Below, one piece after another: positions 10,166 through 20,014 of a stretch of DNA of 39,470 bases. A program made the translations under genes and the position numbers. Position 1 is the stretch's first letter. Every line of letters starts with the position of its first letter. The notes under the pieces are model-generated. The model saw only the letters and a list, made by a program, of their open reading frames with translations, was not told the origin of the DNA and made no database searches. This DNA is from a virus (lineage: Duplodnaviria; Caudoviricetes): positions 1 to 39,470 of the IMG/VR virus record IMGVR_UViG_3300032286_000399; one strand, given 5' to 3'.

Positions 10166-12343
10166 ATGTTCAATAGTAGATTTGGTATAGGTGTTTTAAA
10201 GCATCCTGGCTATAACGGCAAGGGAGATCCTCCTGCTCCAGCACCTACAACAAGCACAAGTTACTCTACAAACGTTCCTGAGTACGCTGAACCGTATGTA
10301 ATGAACATGCTTAATGCTGCGCAAGCGCAGATATACAACCCATCAATGTCTGGGTTTAATCCATATACACCTTACAGTAATAATCCTCAAGACTTTGTTG
10401 CAGGCGCTTCTCCAATGCAACAACAAGCTTACTCCACAGCAGCAAATATGAGAGTGCCTGGTCAGTATGGACTAGCTACAGGTGCTACTATGGGCGCTAT
10501 GGGTGGCTTAGGTGACGTAGGTTATCAAATGGGTAATGCTGGCATGAACTATGCTAACCAAGCTATTAATCCATATGCTACACAAGCATACATGAATCCT
10601 TACCTACAAGCTTCATTAGCTCCACAACTTCAATTAGCTAACCAACAATACGACATTGCTGGACAACAACAACAAAGTAAAGCAGCTCAATCTGGTGCCT
10701 TTGGTGGTAGCCGTGAAGCGCTTATGTCAGGACTTAATAGACAAAATCAAATGTTAGCTCAAAACCAAATCATTGGTCAAGGTTACAACAGAGCTTTTGA
10801 TGCAGCACAACAAGCACAACAATTTGGTGCCAACCTAGGACTACAAGGGCAACAAGGTCAAATGCAGGCATTGCAAGGGATCATGGGCGGTGCTAATCAA
10901 CTAGGTGGTTTAGGTGGTGCGCAACTTGCAGCACAACAAGGTATTGCTAACTTACAAAATCAATATGGTCAGCAACAACAAGGTCAACAACAAAACATCA
11001 TTAACCAAGCAGTTCAGAACTACGCTACTGCACAACAATATCCATTCATGCAATTGGGTCTACTTAACTCCATGTTACGTGGCTTACCAATGCAACAAAG
11101 CTCTACACAAATGTATCAAGCACCTCCAAATCCATTGTCTCAAATTGCAGGTCTTGGTGCAGCTGCTTATGGACAATTTGGTGGTGGTAAAAAAGCAGGC
11201 GGTGTAATTAAAGCTGCTGGTGGCATTCCTATGTCTAGATTTAACCAAGAACAATTAAACAAAGTTCAAAGTAGCCCATACTCAACACCATTAGCTAAAG
11301 TAGTAGCAACAGGTGAATTGGGTTTACAAAACTATATTAAAGCAAATCCAGAATCTAAGAATGTATTTGCACAATTGCCACCTCCACAACAAGCAACACA
11401 ACAAATGCCATCACCTGAGCAAATGGCTATGATGCCACAAAACAGAGCTGGCCTAGATGCTATTGGCACTGGTGAAATGGTTCCAACTGTAAGCGCTGCT
11501 GGCGGTGGTTTACTAGCGTTCGTAGGTGGTGGTGATACATCTTATGATGGAGCCAATCTACCCACTCCAGGACCACAAGGATTAGATGGCATTGATCCAA
11601 TGAAAGTAGATCCAGGCACTTTAATTAGACAAGCTCTATTAAGCTCAAGACCAGAAAGTGAAGCTGCTAAGGCACAAAGAGAAGCTTTAGAAGCTGGCAT
11701 TAAAGAGCGTGAAGCTGACATGGGTAAAGATAAATGGACTATGCTGGGCCTTAATTTAATGGCTCAAACGGGACCATTTGCACTTACTAATTTGGGTAAC
11801 GCTGGTAAAGATACGCTTAACTGGATGGCTACTCAAAAAGATCTTACTGACAAGGATCGTAAAGAACTTCTTAAACTTGCAGTTGAACAAGATAAGAATA
11901 AGCTTACACGTGATGATCTCTTGCTTACAAATCTTAATACAGTTGAAGCTAATAAAGCTACTAAGATGTATCAAATTGAATCACTCAAGATTCAAAGACA
12001 AGCACAAGAAGATGCTAAAAAAGTTACAAATGAAGCAGCGGCCTCTAAATTATGGGCAGATACTTTATCTAAAAACTTACTAAATGCAAGAACAAACGCA
12101 GCTAGAACAAATACAGATATAAGTGAAGCAGAAGCCTATAGACAAGCGCATGAAGAAACGTATAATACTCTTAAAGCTACACCTATGTTTAAGTTATTGA
12201 AAGATGTAGAAGCTCCAGTACCAGCAGCACCACCACCTCCACCTGCTCCAAAAGAGCCTGGATTCTTAGATAAGCTAGGTAATATATTTGGTAGCGATAA
12301 AAAAGTAATTAATTTTGATGCACAAGGTAAACGAATACCATAA
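10166..12343 (+). CDS. putative DNA ejection protein
   Basis: Gln/Gly/Ala-rich; YMNPY and GAFGGSR motifs; helical C-terminus. Confidence 0.6.
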   Translation: MFNSRFGIGVLKHPGYNGKGDPPAPAPTTSTSYSTNVPEYAEPYVMNMLNAAQAQIYNPSMSGFNPYTPYSNNPQDFVAGASPMQQQAYSTAANMRVPGQYGLATGATMGAMGGLGDVGYQMGNAGMNYANQAINPYATQAYMNPYLQASLAPQLQLANQQYDIAGQQQQSKAAQSGAFGGSREALMSGLNRQNQMLAQNQIIGQGYNRAFDAAQQAQQFGANLGLQGQQGQMQALQGIMGGANQLGGLGGAQLAAQQGIANLQNQYGQQQQGQQQNIINQAVQNYATAQQYPFMQLGLLNSMLRGLPMQQSSTQMYQAPPNPLSQIAGLGAAAYGQFGGGKKAGGVIKAAGGIPMSRFNQEQLNKVQSSPYSTPLAKVVATGELGLQNYIKANPESKNVFAQLPPPQQATQQMPSPEQMAMMPQNRAGLDAIGTGEMVPTVSAAGGGLLAFVGGGDTSYDGANLPTPGPQGLDGIDPMKVDPGTLIRQALLSSRPESEAAKAQREALEAGIKEREADMGKDKWTMLGLNLMAQTGPFALTNLGNAGKDTLNWMATQKDLTDKDRKELLKLAVEQDKNKLTRDDLLLTNLNTVEANKATKMYQIESLKIQRQAQEDAKKVTNEAAASKLWADTLSKNLLNARTNAARTNTDISEAEAYRQAHEETYNTLKATPMFKLLKDVEAPVPAAPPPPPAPKEPGFLDKLGNIFGSDKKVINFDAQGKRIP

Positions 12344-15300
12344 TGTCTGATATAGTCGCTAAATTAGCGGACGGTACAGAACTTAGATTTCCAGCAGGTA
12401 CGGCAGATAGCGTAGTAGATTCTACGGTACAAAATTATCTAGCAGACCCAGCCAATCAAGTTGCTGCATCTCCAAAATCACAGGCTCCTGTAGCTCCTAC
12501 AGGCCCTGAAGGCGCACCCATACCTTCCGTTCTACAAACACAGCCCCAAGTTTCAGAAGATAGACCAATTGTTGGATCTGCTAAAAAAGGCATAGTTAAT
12601 CTACAGCAAACTGGTGAGAACTTACGTCTTGCTAATCTTATGGAATTACAAGATGCATACAAACAACAGTATGGTCAAGAATATGAAAACGCTCCACAAG
12701 AAAAGATTGCAGATCTACAAAAGCTAGAAGATGACATTAATACTTCTAAACGTGTATCTACATCTTACGATTTAAAACGTCAAACACTCAGTAAGCAATA
12801 TGGTATTACGCCATTATCTCAAAAGCTAGATGAAGTTCAATCTACCCCAGAATATCAAAATGCAAGTGGCATTCAAAAGTTTCAAACTATTGGTGAAACA
12901 TTACTTAAAAATCCAGGAGACATTCCTTCTTATATTGGTAATATTGGATTAGAAAGTTTACCTAATTCAATGGCCATGATGGCTTCTGCTGTTGTTGCTA
13001 GGTACATGACTGGTAGTCCATCTTCTACAGCTGTAGCAGGCGGTGCTACATCTTCGTTCATGGAGTTTGGTAATCAGTATGTGAACAATAGAGAGCAAGG
13101 TAAATCTCATAAAGACGCCATGGCGGAAGCATCTGTTAAATCTGGCATCATTGGTTATTTTGATGCTGTATCATTTGGATCTGCTGGTAAAGCATTAGAA
13201 GAAATTATTAAAGAATTTAGCAAAGGTGCTATTAAAGCCACTGCAAAAGAAGTTGGAAAAGAAACTTTTAAACAAGCAGGTTATGGCGCTGCTGGGGAAG
13301 CTGTAGGATCAGTTGCTACTGGACAGCCTATTGACCCACGTGCCGTAGTAGAAGAAGCTTTAGGTGAAATTGCTGGCGCACCTATGGAAGCTGTTACAAC
13401 TTACAGATCCAATAAAGCTCTTGCTACACCTAAACCACCTCCAGTATCTGAAAGAATAGAACCAGAAGTCACACCTAGAGAACCAGTAGTAGAAGTTGGT
13501 CAACCTACTATCGTTCCATCTCCAGAGATTGAAGCATACGATAAAGAGATTGCTAAAGCTAAACCTACAGAACCTACACAAGCAGCGCCTGAGTCACTCT
13601 CACATGATGCTCAAGCTATGATGGATGAGCTATCTGGTAAAGATGTTGAATATATACCAGAAGAAGAAGATAAGGTTGTTACCAAGGCTGTTGAAGCACC
13701 TAAAGAAGAGGCTAAACCAGCAGAAGAACAACAAGCCGTATTAGATGAAGCTAATAAAATTCTTACGGTGTTTGAAGCTAACAAAACTAAAGTCCCAGTT
13801 CAATATGTTCAACTTACTGAAGATCTTAAGAATGGCGACATCACATCAATGCGTGATCTCAGGGATTATAAAAAACTTTATGATATTCTCTCTAAACCAA
13901 AAGAAGAACCTACAGGTATTATTACTGAAGAAGAAAAAGAATTTACACCTGTAGGTGGAAGACTTATCAACAAAGCTGATGTTGAAAAAATTGGCACAGA
14001 ATCCAAACGTGCATTAGAACAAAACTTAGAGACTCAAGAAGCTGAAAAAGAAGCTACACTTAAACGTGAAATTCGTGAAGAAAAGTTTAGAGAGCCTGTA
14101 ACACAAACTCTATCTGCAAGACTAGTTCAAGAAGGTGGTATTGCCAGAAGTCAAAAGCGAGATATGCTTGGAGAGACTGGTAAGATCTCAGGCTACGACC
14201 ATGTGTTTAGAGAAAATGGCGGTGATCTTTTAACTATGGTTAAAGATGGTTTGCTTGATGATTACTTGCCACCAAATATTAGGTCTACAGCTACACCACC
14301 AGATGGATTGTTTGATGCACGCCCAGGATATAACTACATATCTGATCTCATTGGTACTGGTGAAAAGGTTCATCACTATGATTATGAGATGGCTAAGCTT
14401 CAACATGAAAACATTGTGGCTGAAAAGAACTTAGCTAAACAATACATGGAGCCTAATGAATCTGCTCGTGCTGCAGCCGCTGAAGAGCAAGAAAAAGAAT
14501 ACATGAATGTAGCTCCTACTGAAAAAGTTATCCCTACTCCATCAGAAGCTAAGTTTCATGAAGAAGCTAAAAATTATGTAAGCGAAGCTCCAGCATACAA
14601 GTTTGATAGTGAAGCACCTTCATTTAAGATTGAAATGAATAAGCTTAGACGTAGAATTAAACAAGGTAGCGTGACTCAAGAAGAAGTCATTCCAGCTATT
14701 GAAGAGATTTATCAATCTACTAAAAAAGAAAAGCCTATTCTTGATCGTCAACGTGGCGCTGCAATTATCAAAGAAAAACTATTAGCAGCTAAGCGAAGAA
14801 AAGAACTATCACCAGAGATGGTTGATATGGCCGAATGGTTTATCAATCAGAATCCAGACTTAGTTAAAGACTTAGCTGTATCAATTAGAGCCAACAATCG
14901 TGATGGCGTAGCTGGTGGTTACTTACCATTAAGTAAACTAGCTAAGATATTTAAATACTCCCCAAACGATACAACTGCAGTTCATGAAATCTTACATCAT
15001 ACAGAACGCATGATGCCTAAAGATATTCAAGAGGCAATTAGAAATGCATGGTCTAAGAGCTTACAACGTGATGCTGAAAAAGCATTTGGCGGCAAGAACG
15101 AAGCTCTAAAACAATATTATAGAGACGTAATTGACTTTCATTACGAAGGTAAAATGGAATCTGAAGCTAGAGCTATGCAATTGCTTGCTGATAATGTGAT
15201 AGGAAATATACATTACAAAAACTTTAATCCATCTGAGTTTTGGGCTGTTAAAGGTTCAGATATTGTTCAAGGTAGATACAAAGCTAATATAAGCGATTCA

Positions 15301-18300
15301 GTCGTAGCCAAGATCAAGAACTGGCTCAAAGAGTTTATTGAAACAGTTAAAGGTATATTTAATATTAGTGATGATGCAGCAGTCATTAAAGCTTTAAATA
15401 GCTTAGCTAAATCTGATGGTAAGTTTGTTACCGATATGATTCATGAAGGTGAAGAGGCTTTTGATGTTAAAGATAAAGCAGACATCAATACTCCAGAGTT
15501 TAAAAAATGGTTTGCTGGATCAGAAGTTGTAGATAAAAAAGGTAAGCCTCTAGAAGTTTATCATGGCACTTTAGAGCCAGACATTCAAGAATTTAAACCA
15601 GAGTTTGTAGGTAGAACTGGATTCCCTGATACTCAGGTTGGTGAAGCATACTTCTTCTCCAATCAACCACTAACTGCATCTATGGTTGCTGAGACAATTG
15701 GCCATGATAAAAATGGTCGTCCAATATACTCAGAGCAAAGATCTACTGTAATGCCTGTATATCTATCCATGGAAAATCCATTAGTATTTAAGGCTCAAAA
15801 ATATTCAGCAGAAGATACTATAGATTCATATCGCATGGCTGAAATGATTACACGAGCAAAGGCATTAAAACGAGATGGTGTAATATATAAAACTCCTTCC
15901 ATGGGAGATACCTATGTTGTATTCAAACCAGAGCAAATTAAATCTGTATATAACAAAGGTGCATTTGAAAGAACAAATAAAAATATATACGCAAATATTG
16001 GCGGCAAACCTAAAGAAAATATTCCTAAAGGATTACATCCTTATGTGTGGGATAAATTTAAAAAGATGTTGGCCGCTGAAGAAAAGGCAAGCAAGTACAA
16101 TTACAGATCAGTAAAACGTGAAGCTACAATGTCTGCTAGAAGATATTTAAAATCACTAGAAAAATATCATCCAAATGAAGATCCATTAAAAATAGATCGG
16201 AAATATCAATATGAATATGGAAAGCTTACTGATCCAGAATATATAGAAAAGTATGGCCAATATGCATTCCCAGATTTGTATGCAGCCGACCAAGCTAAAC
16301 AAAAAGAATACCTAAGTATTGGCAAACCACCTAAAAACTTTAAAGGCCAAGATGTTATTCCAAAATGGAATGCTCCTGAAGAATCTAAAGTAGATGACTG
16401 GCTTTATATTCTTCAAGACAAAAACATTGACTCCAAACGTGTTCAGCAGATTATTGAAAAAGCTGGCAAAAAAATTGAAGATGACTGGAACTTCTATGAA
16501 AAAGAACAGTTATTTCACGGCAGAACTGCATCTGGTATTCGTAAATTCCTATTACAAGAAGTATTACCTGCAGCTAAAGAAATGCAAAGGCTAAAAGTTA
16601 CACCTGAAGAAATTCATAATTATCTATTGAATCGCCATGCGGAAGAACGCAACATTCAAATGAATAAGATTAATCCAGCTATCTACGATGCTAAAACAAA
16701 CACTACAAAACCAAACCCATTAAAAGATCAAGGATCTGGTGTCCATACGGATAAGGCAAAAGAGTATTTAAATAACTTAGATCCAGCTAAAAAGAAAGAT
16801 TTAGAAGCTGTGGCAAAGTACTTTGATAAGATGATTAAAGGCACACAAGGCGTTTTAATGAATTCTGGCGCTGAAACAGGTGCTACCATTAGAAAATGGA
16901 ATCAAACATATAAACAATATGTTCCATTAATGCGTAAAGAAGATCCGTCATCTAAGACGCAAGGTGTCATAGGCACTGGACAAGGCTATGCAAGTCGTGG
17001 GGATGTGAGTAAGCGTGCTTTAGGTTCATTAAAAGAGCATGAAGATATCCTTGGAAACATTATTGCTCAACGTGAACGTGCTATTATTCGTGCTGAAAAA
17101 ATCAGAGTAGGCCGTGCATTATATGGTCTAGCTATTCAAAACCCTAACCCAGAATTCTGGTTGCCTGTTAACCCAGATGCAATTAGAAATAAAAAACAAG
17201 CTGTTGTAGAATTAACACGTCTTGGTATTACTAACGCTAAACTTGTCGTAGATAATTTAATGGCAGAGCCTAAAGAGCGCTACCTTAAAAAAGTTAAAGA
17301 AGCTGAAGGCACAGAGCCAGAAGAAGATTTTGATTTTGATTCAGGACTTCCAGTCAATCAAAGCAAAGAAGTGGTTGACTCTAAAGTTAATGTGATGGCA
17401 CGTTATAAAGATAATGTGTTTCCAGTTCGTATCGATGGTAAAGATAGATTCATATTCTTTAATATGAACGATCCAAGAGCTATGCGCATGGTCATGGCAA
17501 TAAAGAACTTAGATGTAGAAGAGCTAGGTATGGTTGAAAGCATAGCAGGTCGTTACACATTATGGTTTAAGAACGTTAATACTCAATACAATCCAGTATT
17601 TGGTTTAAAAAACTTTATACGTGACTATTCAGCGGGCAATCTAAATCTAACAAGCACGCCTATTAATGGAATGCAAGCTCAAATTACTGCGGATATGATG
17701 CCAGCCATGAGAGGCATTATGGAAGTTATTCGTAACGAACGCAAGGGCATAGCAACTGCAAATACTAAATGGGGTAAGTTTTTTAAACTAATGCGTGATC
17801 AAGGCTTTCAAACTGGCTATCGTGATTCATTGGTGCGAAACCAAGAAGAAATGCAAATTGTTAATAATATCTTAGAAAAGCTAAGCGAAAAGGGCATAAA
17901 AGCCAATGTTAAAAAAGCTTTTAGTTATATCGCTGGGGGTTTAACAGACTTTAATGATGTCATGGAAAATTCTATCCGCCTTGCTACCGCTAAAGCCGCT
18001 CTTGATAGAGGATTGTCTCCACAACAAGCTGCAATCATTGCTAAAAATATTACAGTGAACTTTGATAAAAAAGGTGCTAAGACTCGTTCAATTGGTGCGT
18101 TATATGCTTTCTTTAATCCTGCCGTACAAGGTACTGAACGTATATATCAAACACTTAAAGGTCCTGCTAAAAATTATATTATTGGTGGCGGCATCTTAGC
18201 TGGTATGATACAAGCGGTAATGATGGCTATGGCTGGGTATGATGATGAAGATCCTCCAGAATTTACTAGACAAAAAGCATTTGTAATTCCAATGCCTGAC

Positions 18301-19149
18301 GGTCATTACCTACCTATACCATATCCACAAGGCTATAATATCTTACCTAACGTAGGAAGACACGTTATGGACTTTATTATTAATGGCGGTAAAAACCCTG
18401 GTAAGCACGTAGCTGATCTTACAGGGGCTATTATGGACTCATTAAGTCCGTTAGGTACTATAGGTTGGACTATGCAATCTATTGCTCCTACTGCGCTTGA
18501 CCCAGCAGCTGCTATATTTGAAAACAAAGATGCATTTGGTAGGCCTATAGCACGTAAGGATCGTGAAACATCTCCTACACCAGGCTATTCTAGATCAAGA
18601 GATACTGCTTCTACATTAAGTAAAGGTATTGCTGAGTTCTTAAACTCTGCTTCTTTTGGAGATAAGTATGTCAAAGGAAGTATCAGCCCTACTGGAGATC
18701 AATTAGATTTCCTTGCTGGTCAAGTTGGTGGTGGATTATACCGTGAAGCGTCTAAAGCAGCTGAGTATGTTAAATCTAAGTTTACTGGTGAAGAAGTGCC
18801 AGCATACAGAGTTCCTATTGTAGGCCAGTTCCATGGCGAAGTGGGTCAGCCCGCTGCGATTGCAAATAAATTTTATCAAAACGTTACTCGCATGACGGAT
18901 CATGAGAATACAATTAAGGGATTGAGAGAAGATAAATTACCTAAAGATCAGTATATGGCCAAGTATCCTGAGGCTAAACTTTGGCATAAAGCTAACACGA
19001 CAGAAAATAGAATTAATCAAATAAACAAACAGAAGCGTGAAGATATTAAGAAGAATAAACCAAAAGAAGTTATTCAAAGACATGATGAGAAAAAGACTCG
19101 TATTATGAAAGAGTTTAACGATGAGGTTAAGCGATTGACTCCTGATTAA
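12343..19149 (+). CDS. large polyvalent ejection protein (HExxH peptidase-like, ART-PolyVal-like, LPD38-like domains)
   Basis: 2268 aa; TAVHEILHH; TPEFKKWF...VYHGT...FFS...PVYLS..NP...DGVI...YVVFKPEQIKS; C-terminal NFIRD / TVNFDKKG / LYAFFN / PYPQG region. Confidence 0.75.
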   Translation: MSDIVAKLADGTELRFPAGTADSVVDSTVQNYLADPANQVAASPKSQAPVAPTGPEGAPIPSVLQTQPQVSEDRPIVGSAKKGIVNLQQTGENLRLANLMELQDAYKQQYGQEYENAPQEKIADLQKLEDDINTSKRVSTSYDLKRQTLSKQYGITPLSQKLDEVQSTPEYQNASGIQKFQTIGETLLKNPGDIPSYIGNIGLESLPNSMAMMASAVVARYMTGSPSSTAVAGGATSSFMEFGNQYVNNREQGKSHKDAMAEASVKSGIIGYFDAVSFGSAGKALEEIIKEFSKGAIKATAKEVGKETFKQAGYGAAGEAVGSVATGQPIDPRAVVEEALGEIAGAPMEAVTTYRSNKALATPKPPPVSERIEPEVTPREPVVEVGQPTIVPSPEIEAYDKEIAKAKPTEPTQAAPESLSHDAQAMMDELSGKDVEYIPEEEDKVVTKAVEAPKEEAKPAEEQQAVLDEANKILTVFEANKTKVPVQYVQLTEDLKNGDITSMRDLRDYKKLYDILSKPKEEPTGIITEEEKEFTPVGGRLINKADVEKIGTESKRALEQNLETQEAEKEATLKREIREEKFREPVTQTLSARLVQEGGIARSQKRDMLGETGKISGYDHVFRENGGDLLTMVKDGLLDDYLPPNIRSTATPPDGLFDARPGYNYISDLIGTGEKVHHYDYEMAKLQHENIVAEKNLAKQYMEPNESARAAAAEEQEKEYMNVAPTEKVIPTPSEAKFHEEAKNYVSEAPAYKFDSEAPSFKIEMNKLRRRIKQGSVTQEEVIPAIEEIYQSTKKEKPILDRQRGAAIIKEKLLAAKRRKELSPEMVDMAEWFINQNPDLVKDLAVSIRANNRDGVAGGYLPLSKLAKIFKYSPNDTTAVHEILHHTERMMPKDIQEAIRNAWSKSLQRDAEKAFGGKNEALKQYYRDVIDFHYEGKMESEARAMQLLADNVIGNIHYKNFNPSEFWAVKGSDIVQGRYKANISDSVVAKIKNWLKEFIETVKGIFNISDDAAVIKALNSLAKSDGKFVTDMIHEGEEAFDVKDKADINTPEFKKWFAGSEVVDKKGKPLEVYHGTLEPDIQEFKPEFVGRTGFPDTQVGEAYFFSNQPLTASMVAETIGHDKNGRPIYSEQRSTVMPVYLSMENPLVFKAQKYSAEDTIDSYRMAEMITRAKALKRDGVIYKTPSMGDTYVVFKPEQIKSVYNKGAFERTNKNIYANIGGKPKENIPKGLHPYVWDKFKKMLAAEEKASKYNYRSVKREATMSARRYLKSLEKYHPNEDPLKIDRKYQYEYGKLTDPEYIEKYGQYAFPDLYAADQAKQKEYLSIGKPPKNFKGQDVIPKWNAPEESKVDDWLYILQDKNIDSKRVQQIIEKAGKKIEDDWNFYEKEQLFHGRTASGIRKFLLQEVLPAAKEMQRLKVTPEEIHNYLLNRHAEERNIQMNKINPAIYDAKTNTTKPNPLKDQGSGVHTDKAKEYLNNLDPAKKKDLEAVAKYFDKMIKGTQGVLMNSGAETGATIRKWNQTYKQYVPLMRKEDPSSKTQGVIGTGQGYASRGDVSKRALGSLKEHEDILGNIIAQRERAIIRAEKIRVGRALYGLAIQNPNPEFWLPVNPDAIRNKKQAVVELTRLGITNAKLVVDNLMAEPKERYLKKVKEAEGTEPEEDFDFDSGLPVNQSKEVVDSKVNVMARYKDNVFPVRIDGKDRFIFFNMNDPRAMRMVMAIKNLDVEELGMVESIAGRYTLWFKNVNTQYNPVFGLKNFIRDYSAGNLNLTSTPINGMQAQITADMMPAMRGIMEVIRNERKGIATANTKWGKFFKLMRDQGFQTGYRDSLVRNQEEMQIVNNILEKLSEKGIKANVKKAFSYIAGGLTDFNDVMENSIRLATAKAALDRGLSPQQAAIIAKNITVNFDKKGAKTRSIGALYAFFNPAVQGTERIYQTLKGPAKNYIIGGGILAGMIQAVMMAMAGYDDEDPPEFTRQKAFVIPMPDGHYLPIPYPQGYNILPNVGRHVMDFIINGGKNPGKHVADLTGAIMDSLSPLGTIGWTMQSIAPTALDPAAAIFENKDAFGRPIARKDRETSPTPGYSRSRDTASTLSKGIAEFLNSASFGDKYVKGSISPTGDQLDFLAGQVGGGLYREASKAAEYVKSKFTGEEVPAYRVPIVGQFHGEVGQPAAIANKFYQNVTRMTDHENTIKGLREDKLPKDQYMAKYPEAKLWHKANTTENRINQINKQKREDIKKNKPKEVIQRHDEKKTRIMKEFNDEVKRLTPD

Positions 19150-19495
19150 TCTCAGTAATTACCACGTCACACATCCCGCCCTTAGTTACATCCATCCTAG
19201 TAATACATAGCTTGTCTATTTGAGAATCATTCTCATATGTCCCAGCATGCTCTAAAGCATCCAATAAGGGCTTTAAAACATTATCAACGTCACGCTTCCT
19301 GTTATCAGGAGGGTATAGGTATACCTCCATATGCAAACGTGCGTTTAAAGTGCCTTGCTGTGCGGAATAGACACATAAAAACACGGCTTCTCTGAACTCT
19401 TTTCCCTTCTTTCCTAAAAACTTCTTGGTTCCGACTTGGCCCCAATAATGATTAACGGTTGGAGGGTATGGTAATTTTAGTTTAATTGTTTTCAT
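19127..19495 (-). CDS. rusA: RusA-family Holliday junction resolvase
   Basis: LPYPPTVNHYW, PPDNRKRDVDN..K...DAL..AG..ENDSQI. The likely start is MKTIKL at 19495. Confidence 0.9.
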   Translation of the reverse strand: MKTIKLKLPYPPTVNHYWGQVGTKKFLGKKGKEFREAVFLCVYSAQQGTLNARLHMEVYLYPPDNRKRDVDNVLKPLLDALEHAGTYENDSQIDKLCITRMDVTKGGMCDVVITEINQESIA

Positions 19496-19502
19496 ATGTG
19501 GT

Positions 19503-19532
19503 ATTATAGCAGATGAATTAATATAGGTACAA
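19503..19532 (-). promoter_or_regulatory. sigma70-type promoter for rusA
   Basis: Minus strand TTGTAC-N18-TATAAT with extended -10 (TGc); the -10 ends 7 nt before the ATG. Confidence 0.55.
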
Positions 19533-19536
19533 CCTA

Positions 19537-19565
19537 TTGACATGTATTTTATTATATGCCAATAT
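19537..19565 (+). promoter_or_regulatory. sigma70-type promoter for the recombination operon
   Basis: TTGACA-N17-CAATAT with TGn extension; back-to-back with the rusA promoter. Confidence 0.55.
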
Positions 19566-19595
19566 GTTGTTTCATTATATACGAGGATTTGTGTA

Positions 19596-19733
19596 ATGGA
19601 ACCATTGACAGCGTTAGTTCAAGTAGTATGTTTATTATTTGGTTATATGGATAAACAAGATAAGTTTATGGATGAGTGTTTAAAAACAAAGACTAAAGTT
19701 GAATGTCAACAATTATGGAGGGAAAAGAAATGA
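19596..19733 (+). CDS. hypothetical small protein
   Basis: RBS GAGGA before the ATG at 19596; MEPLTALVQVVCLLFG... Confidence 0.55.
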   Translation: MEPLTALVQVVCLLFGYMDKQDKFMDECLKTKTKVECQQLWREKK

Positions 19734-20014
19734 AAAGATTTATATCAATTACAGAACACTTAATGACAGATCAAAAGTATAACGATCTTATTAAGGATGG
19801 CTTTGAGCCTACAGAGTTTATTACATCTATTACAGCCGACCATGCAAGAGATCGTGGGTTGGAAACTAAAGTTAGATGTATAGAAGTAGATTACGACATA
19901 TTACATGACGTGTATAAGTCAGTAGATACGATTGCTACCAATAAGGCATTTGATGAATTAGGTGAAGTGGTATTAAATAATGCTATGTGTGTAGGTGGAA
20001 ACTGCGAGGCGTAA
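19730..20014 (+). CDS. hypothetical protein ending CVGGNCEA
   Basis: RBS GGAGG; ATGA overlap with the previous gene. Confidence 0.65.
   Translation: MKRFISITEHLMTDQKYNDLIKDGFEPTEFITSITADHARDRGLETKVRCIEVDYDILHDVYKSVDTIATNKAFDELGEVVLNNAMCVGGNCEA

Noticed and set aside
10600-11100. CAA-rich tandem repeats
   Set aside because: They simply encode Gln-rich low-complexity protein sequence.
651-18527. Antisense and alternate-frame ORFs within structural genes (e.g. 8193-8891 minus, 10914-11207 plus)
   Set aside because: They are fully nested in longer genes with recognisable motifs and are best explained as shadow ORFs.
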